IMG/VR virus record: IMGVR_UViG_3300033076_000563
Span: 1 to 26,237 of that record
From: a virus
Taxonomy: Duplodnaviria; Caudoviricetes
Length of the DNA: 26,237 nt
Reading direction: 5' to 3' (one strand)
Part shown: piece after piece, positions 23,559 to 26,237 of the stretch
How positions within the stretch are numbered: position 1 is the first letter of the stretch
Layout of the letters: each line of letters starts with the position of its first letter
Notes under the pieces: model-generated
Seen by the model: only the letters and a program-made list of their open reading frames with translations
Databases searched by the model: none
Told to the model about the DNA's origin: nothing
Program-made: the position numbers and the translations under genes

Positions 23559-24112
23559 AGGTATTAATTGCCTGTGAGTATAGTGGACGAGTACGTGATG
23601 CTTTTATTAAAAAAGGACATGATGCTATGTCGTGTGACTTATTACCAACCGAAACTCCAGGACCTCACTATCAAGGGAATGTGCTTGATATACTAGAAGA
23701 CGGTTGGGATTTAATGATTGCACATCCACCCTGTACTCATTTAGCAGTCAGTGGTGCTAGGTGGTTTAAAGATAAACTAGAAGAGCAAGCAGAGGCATTA
23801 TGGTTTGTAGATTGTTTATTCTATGCACCAATAGATAGAATTTGTATTGAGAATCCAGTTAGTATTATTTCTACATGGTTTAGAAAACCAGATCAAATCA
23901 TACAACCGTGGATGTTTGGTGATTCCTATCAAAAGAAAACATGTTTATGGTTAAAAAATTTACCTAAATTAAAACCTACTAAAGTTGTAGACCCTGGGGA
24001 ATTTGTTATACATGGTGGAAAAAAGATACCTAAGTGGTACTCTAATAGAGAGTTAAAAAGAGATAAAACTTTTCAAGGTATTGCATTAGCTATGGCTGAA
24101 CAATGGGGATAA
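23555..24112 (+). CDS. Short C5-cytosine DNA methyltransferase-like protein
   Basis: VLIACEYSG (variant motif I), HPPCT (catalytic PC), ENP and KKTCLW motifs. Confidence 0.78.
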   Translation: MKVLIACEYSGRVRDAFIKKGHDAMSCDLLPTETPGPHYQGNVLDILEDGWDLMIAHPPCTHLAVSGARWFKDKLEEQAEALWFVDCLFYAPIDRICIENPVSIISTWFRKPDQIIQPWMFGDSYQKKTCLWLKNLPKLKPTKVVDPGEFVIHGGKKIPKWYSNRELKRDKTFQGIALAMAEQWG

Positions 24113-24141
24113 AAGAGAAGGGGCCTTTCGGCCCCTTTTCT
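24113..24141. terminator. Bidirectional terminator between convergent modules
   Basis: GAAGGGGCC-tttc-GGCCCCTTTT hairpin with A-rich and T-rich flanks between two stop codons. Confidence 0.85.
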
Positions 24142-26236
24142 ATCTTCCTGTCTCCTGACGTATCTGTTTTCGTTTTCTAGCTACGTCGTCAAACATCTCC
24201 GCTTCAACTAAATCCCTTCCTGTAAGCTTCTTCGATCTAGTCTTATCTCCCATAACAGCCCTCTCAGATGGGGTTGTTACCTTTCCCTTTTTAAGGGATT
24301 CAATCTTATTTTTAATATCTTCTGGTTTACCTCCAAGCTCACCAAATGTCTGTAGGTCTTCCTTTGACACAGGTTCTCCATACATAAACGCCTGTGCTAT
24401 ACTATTCATAAGAGATTGTTTAATCTGTTTACGGGACTCGTCGTACTGTTTAAGATGACGGCTCTTGGATTGGTAAGCAAACTCATCTAGTCCTTTAACT
24501 CCCCAAGCACGAGAGGATTCAGTTGGTTTAGTCTCGGACGGGGATACGGGCCACTGTCCCTCCAAATCTTTATAGGGACTTGGAACCATAACACCGCCAC
24601 TTGCTGGGTCTTTGGATGCATACCTCGGATTAAACTCCATAGTCGTACTGTATAACCAGTTAGGTAGCCAAGTACGTCCCATTAGTAATTCCGGGGCACG
24701 ATCAGACGGGCTAGATAGTTTATCACTAACTGCCTTACCTGTATCCATTAACGACTGAATACCAATCGGCATACCAGAAGCAGTCTCAATTAAGTTCGGT
24801 GCCATTACAGAACCACCTACCCACTTACCCGTTAAAGAGGAAGGTACTCCAAACTTTAACCAGTCGGGTATGTTTTTACTTTCAAGAATAGCTAGGGATA
24901 ATGGTTTGATTGGTGTTGGGTCAAGCCGCCCTTTGCCAACAAAAGTGTCAAAGGTCTTGAGCCAGTTGATAAACTTAATGATGTTATCACTGTCGTTGAT
25001 AAGAATCTCACCTACTAGACCAGCAAACAGTCCTTGCATTGCTACGAAGTCAATTAAGGGCCCGGTCTTTGATGGATCGTGGAAACCTCCCTCTATTGCA
25101 TGCAGAGTTAAATCCTTTAACGTACCTATATATTGATGTAGGAAGGATTTAAACGGACGTAGAAACTCACCAGCAATACCGGCTTGGTTATACATCATGG
25201 GTTGAGAGGAGCGAGTATAATCATTCATGATGCGCTCGGTGTGCTTAGCAACAGCATCCCAATCCATGTCTGTGAAGTCTTTAATTTTCTTACCATTCAT
25301 AGATTGCTCGAATCGTGAGGACATAAGTGTAGCAATTACACGGGCACGTTCCTCTGAAATCTCCGATAAGAATTTATTAGTCTTAGATACTGCGTTAAGA
25401 CTCTCTTTTATCGGATGACGTTTCCATCCCTCACCAGTAATCCAATGTCCCTCTAGTGTAATGTCGTTAATAAGTGCTGGGTCAATAAGACTGCGTTCAT
25501 GTCCTGCCTTCTGAATTATCTCCTTTACTTCGGGATCACGAGTCCATGTAAACCAATCCTTGTATGCCTGTAGTAATGCATACTTTGAGGAGAACATAGA
25601 CTTCCCTCGTTGCTGGGCATTCATGGCTAATGTGGAACCACCAAACAATTCTGCTTGGAAATAGTTACCGGCAGCAAACAGTACGTTACCTAGTAGCTTA
25701 ACGCTTACTAGGAACTGGTTAAGGTGACGAACACTCTGCGTTAACCGTTGATAGGTAGCTCCTCCACCAAGGTTGCGGAGCATAGATGCTTCGCTCTTAT
25801 CAAAGGCAATAGGATTCCCATAACGATTCTCTACGAAGTCTTGAGCAATCTGCATCTCATTTGGATGCTCATTAGCAAACTCACGATCTTGTGTTAGTTC
25901 GTTATACTTATTAAGGAATTCTTTCTTAGCAAGGAAACCAGCAGCTTTGTTAATGTATGCCTCATAGGCATGTTGCATTGCTTCGGCACGCGCTAGTGGT
26001 GTGGGTTCTTTTGATCCTATATACCCACCTACACCTTTACGCCATTCCATATGCGTCTTGAACTTGTTAGCTTTGGTAGCCCTATCCATAATACTACGGA
26101 TAGCTTCGTTCTCCTTAGCTCCCCGTGCGTATTGAAACCATAGGTTCGGATCAAGTAGATCGGCATTAAACATCTTAAGGGAAGTATTCTGTACTGCAGT
26201 TGTATAGTCCCCCTCTCCACGTTTAGTAGCAGAGTC
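24140..26236 (-). CDS. C-terminal part of a large, probably internal virion (ejection) protein; 5' end outside the window
   Basis: The frame stays open upstream of the ATG at 26173 to the window edge (DSATKRGEGDY...). Function is inferred from size, helical character and position at the end of the opposite-strand module. Confidence 0.65.
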   Translation of the reverse strand, partial: DSATKRGEGDYTTAVQNTSLKMFNADLLDPNLWFQYARGAKENEAIRSIMDRATKANKFKTHMEWRKGVGGYIGSKEPTPLARAEAMQHAYEAYINKAAGFLAKKEFLNKYNELTQDREFANEHPNEMQIAQDFVENRYGNPIAFDKSEASMLRNLGGGATYQRLTQSVRHLNQFLVSVKLLGNVLFAAGNYFQAELFGGSTLAMNAQQRGKSMFSSKYALLQAYKDWFTWTRDPEVKEIIQKAGHERSLIDPALINDITLEGHWITGEGWKRHPIKESLNAVSKTNKFLSEISEERARVIATLMSSRFEQSMNGKKIKDFTDMDWDAVAKHTERIMNDYTRSSQPMMYNQAGIAGEFLRPFKSFLHQYIGTLKDLTLHAIEGGFHDPSKTGPLIDFVAMQGLFAGLVGEILINDSDNIIKFINWLKTFDTFVGKGRLDPTPIKPLSLAILESKNIPDWLKFGVPSSLTGKWVGGSVMAPNLIETASGMPIGIQSLMDTGKAVSDKLSSPSDRAPELLMGRTWLPNWLYSTTMEFNPRYASKDPASGGVMVPSPYKDLEGQWPVSPSETKPTESSRAWGVKGLDEFAYQSKSRHLKQYDESRKQIKQSLMNSIAQAFMYGEPVSKEDLQTFGELGGKPEDIKNKIESLKKGKVTTPSERAVMGDKTRSKKLTGRDLVEAEMFDDVARKRKQIRQETGR

Positions 26237-26237
26237 G

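Noticed and set aside
26171-26173. ATG at 26173 as the true start of the large minus-strand gene
   Set aside because: The frame remains open to the window edge, so the gene probably starts outside the window.

Overview
A 26 kb segment of a tailed dsDNA phage genome, with gene content and order resembling phiEco32/PaP3/LUZ24-type podophages. (1) Bases 1-3.6 kb form a mostly GC-rich early region dominated by non-coding DNA. It carries three sigmaE/AlgU-type (ECF) promoters, ten copies of a 16-bp palindrome (RTTAWA-N4-TWTAAY), a type I hammerhead ribozyme with a full consensus core followed by an unassigned multi-stem RNA, a truncated tRNA-Leu, an atypical tRNA-Leu(UAA), an HNH endonuclease and tRNA-Ile2(CAU). 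(2) Bases 4.1-11.4 kb hold an AT-rich amidoligase cluster: class I GATase, COOH.NH2 ligase, amidoligase, class II GATase and ATP-grasp, followed by a deaminase-like gene. (3) Bases 12.8-24.1 kb are the replication and nucleotide module: primase, DnaB-like helicase with an internal promoter plus AT tract, split family A polymerase, 5'-3' exonuclease, endonuclease I-like resolvase, DEDD exonuclease, class II RNR and a short C5 methyltransferase-like gene. (4) A convergent terminator precedes the 3' end of a large minus-strand, probably virion, gene cut by the window edge. The most novel signal is the early non-coding module: ECF promoter, hammerhead, structured RNA and tRNAs, punctuated by a repeated operator-like palindrome. 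All calls are by eye from motifs; no searches were run.
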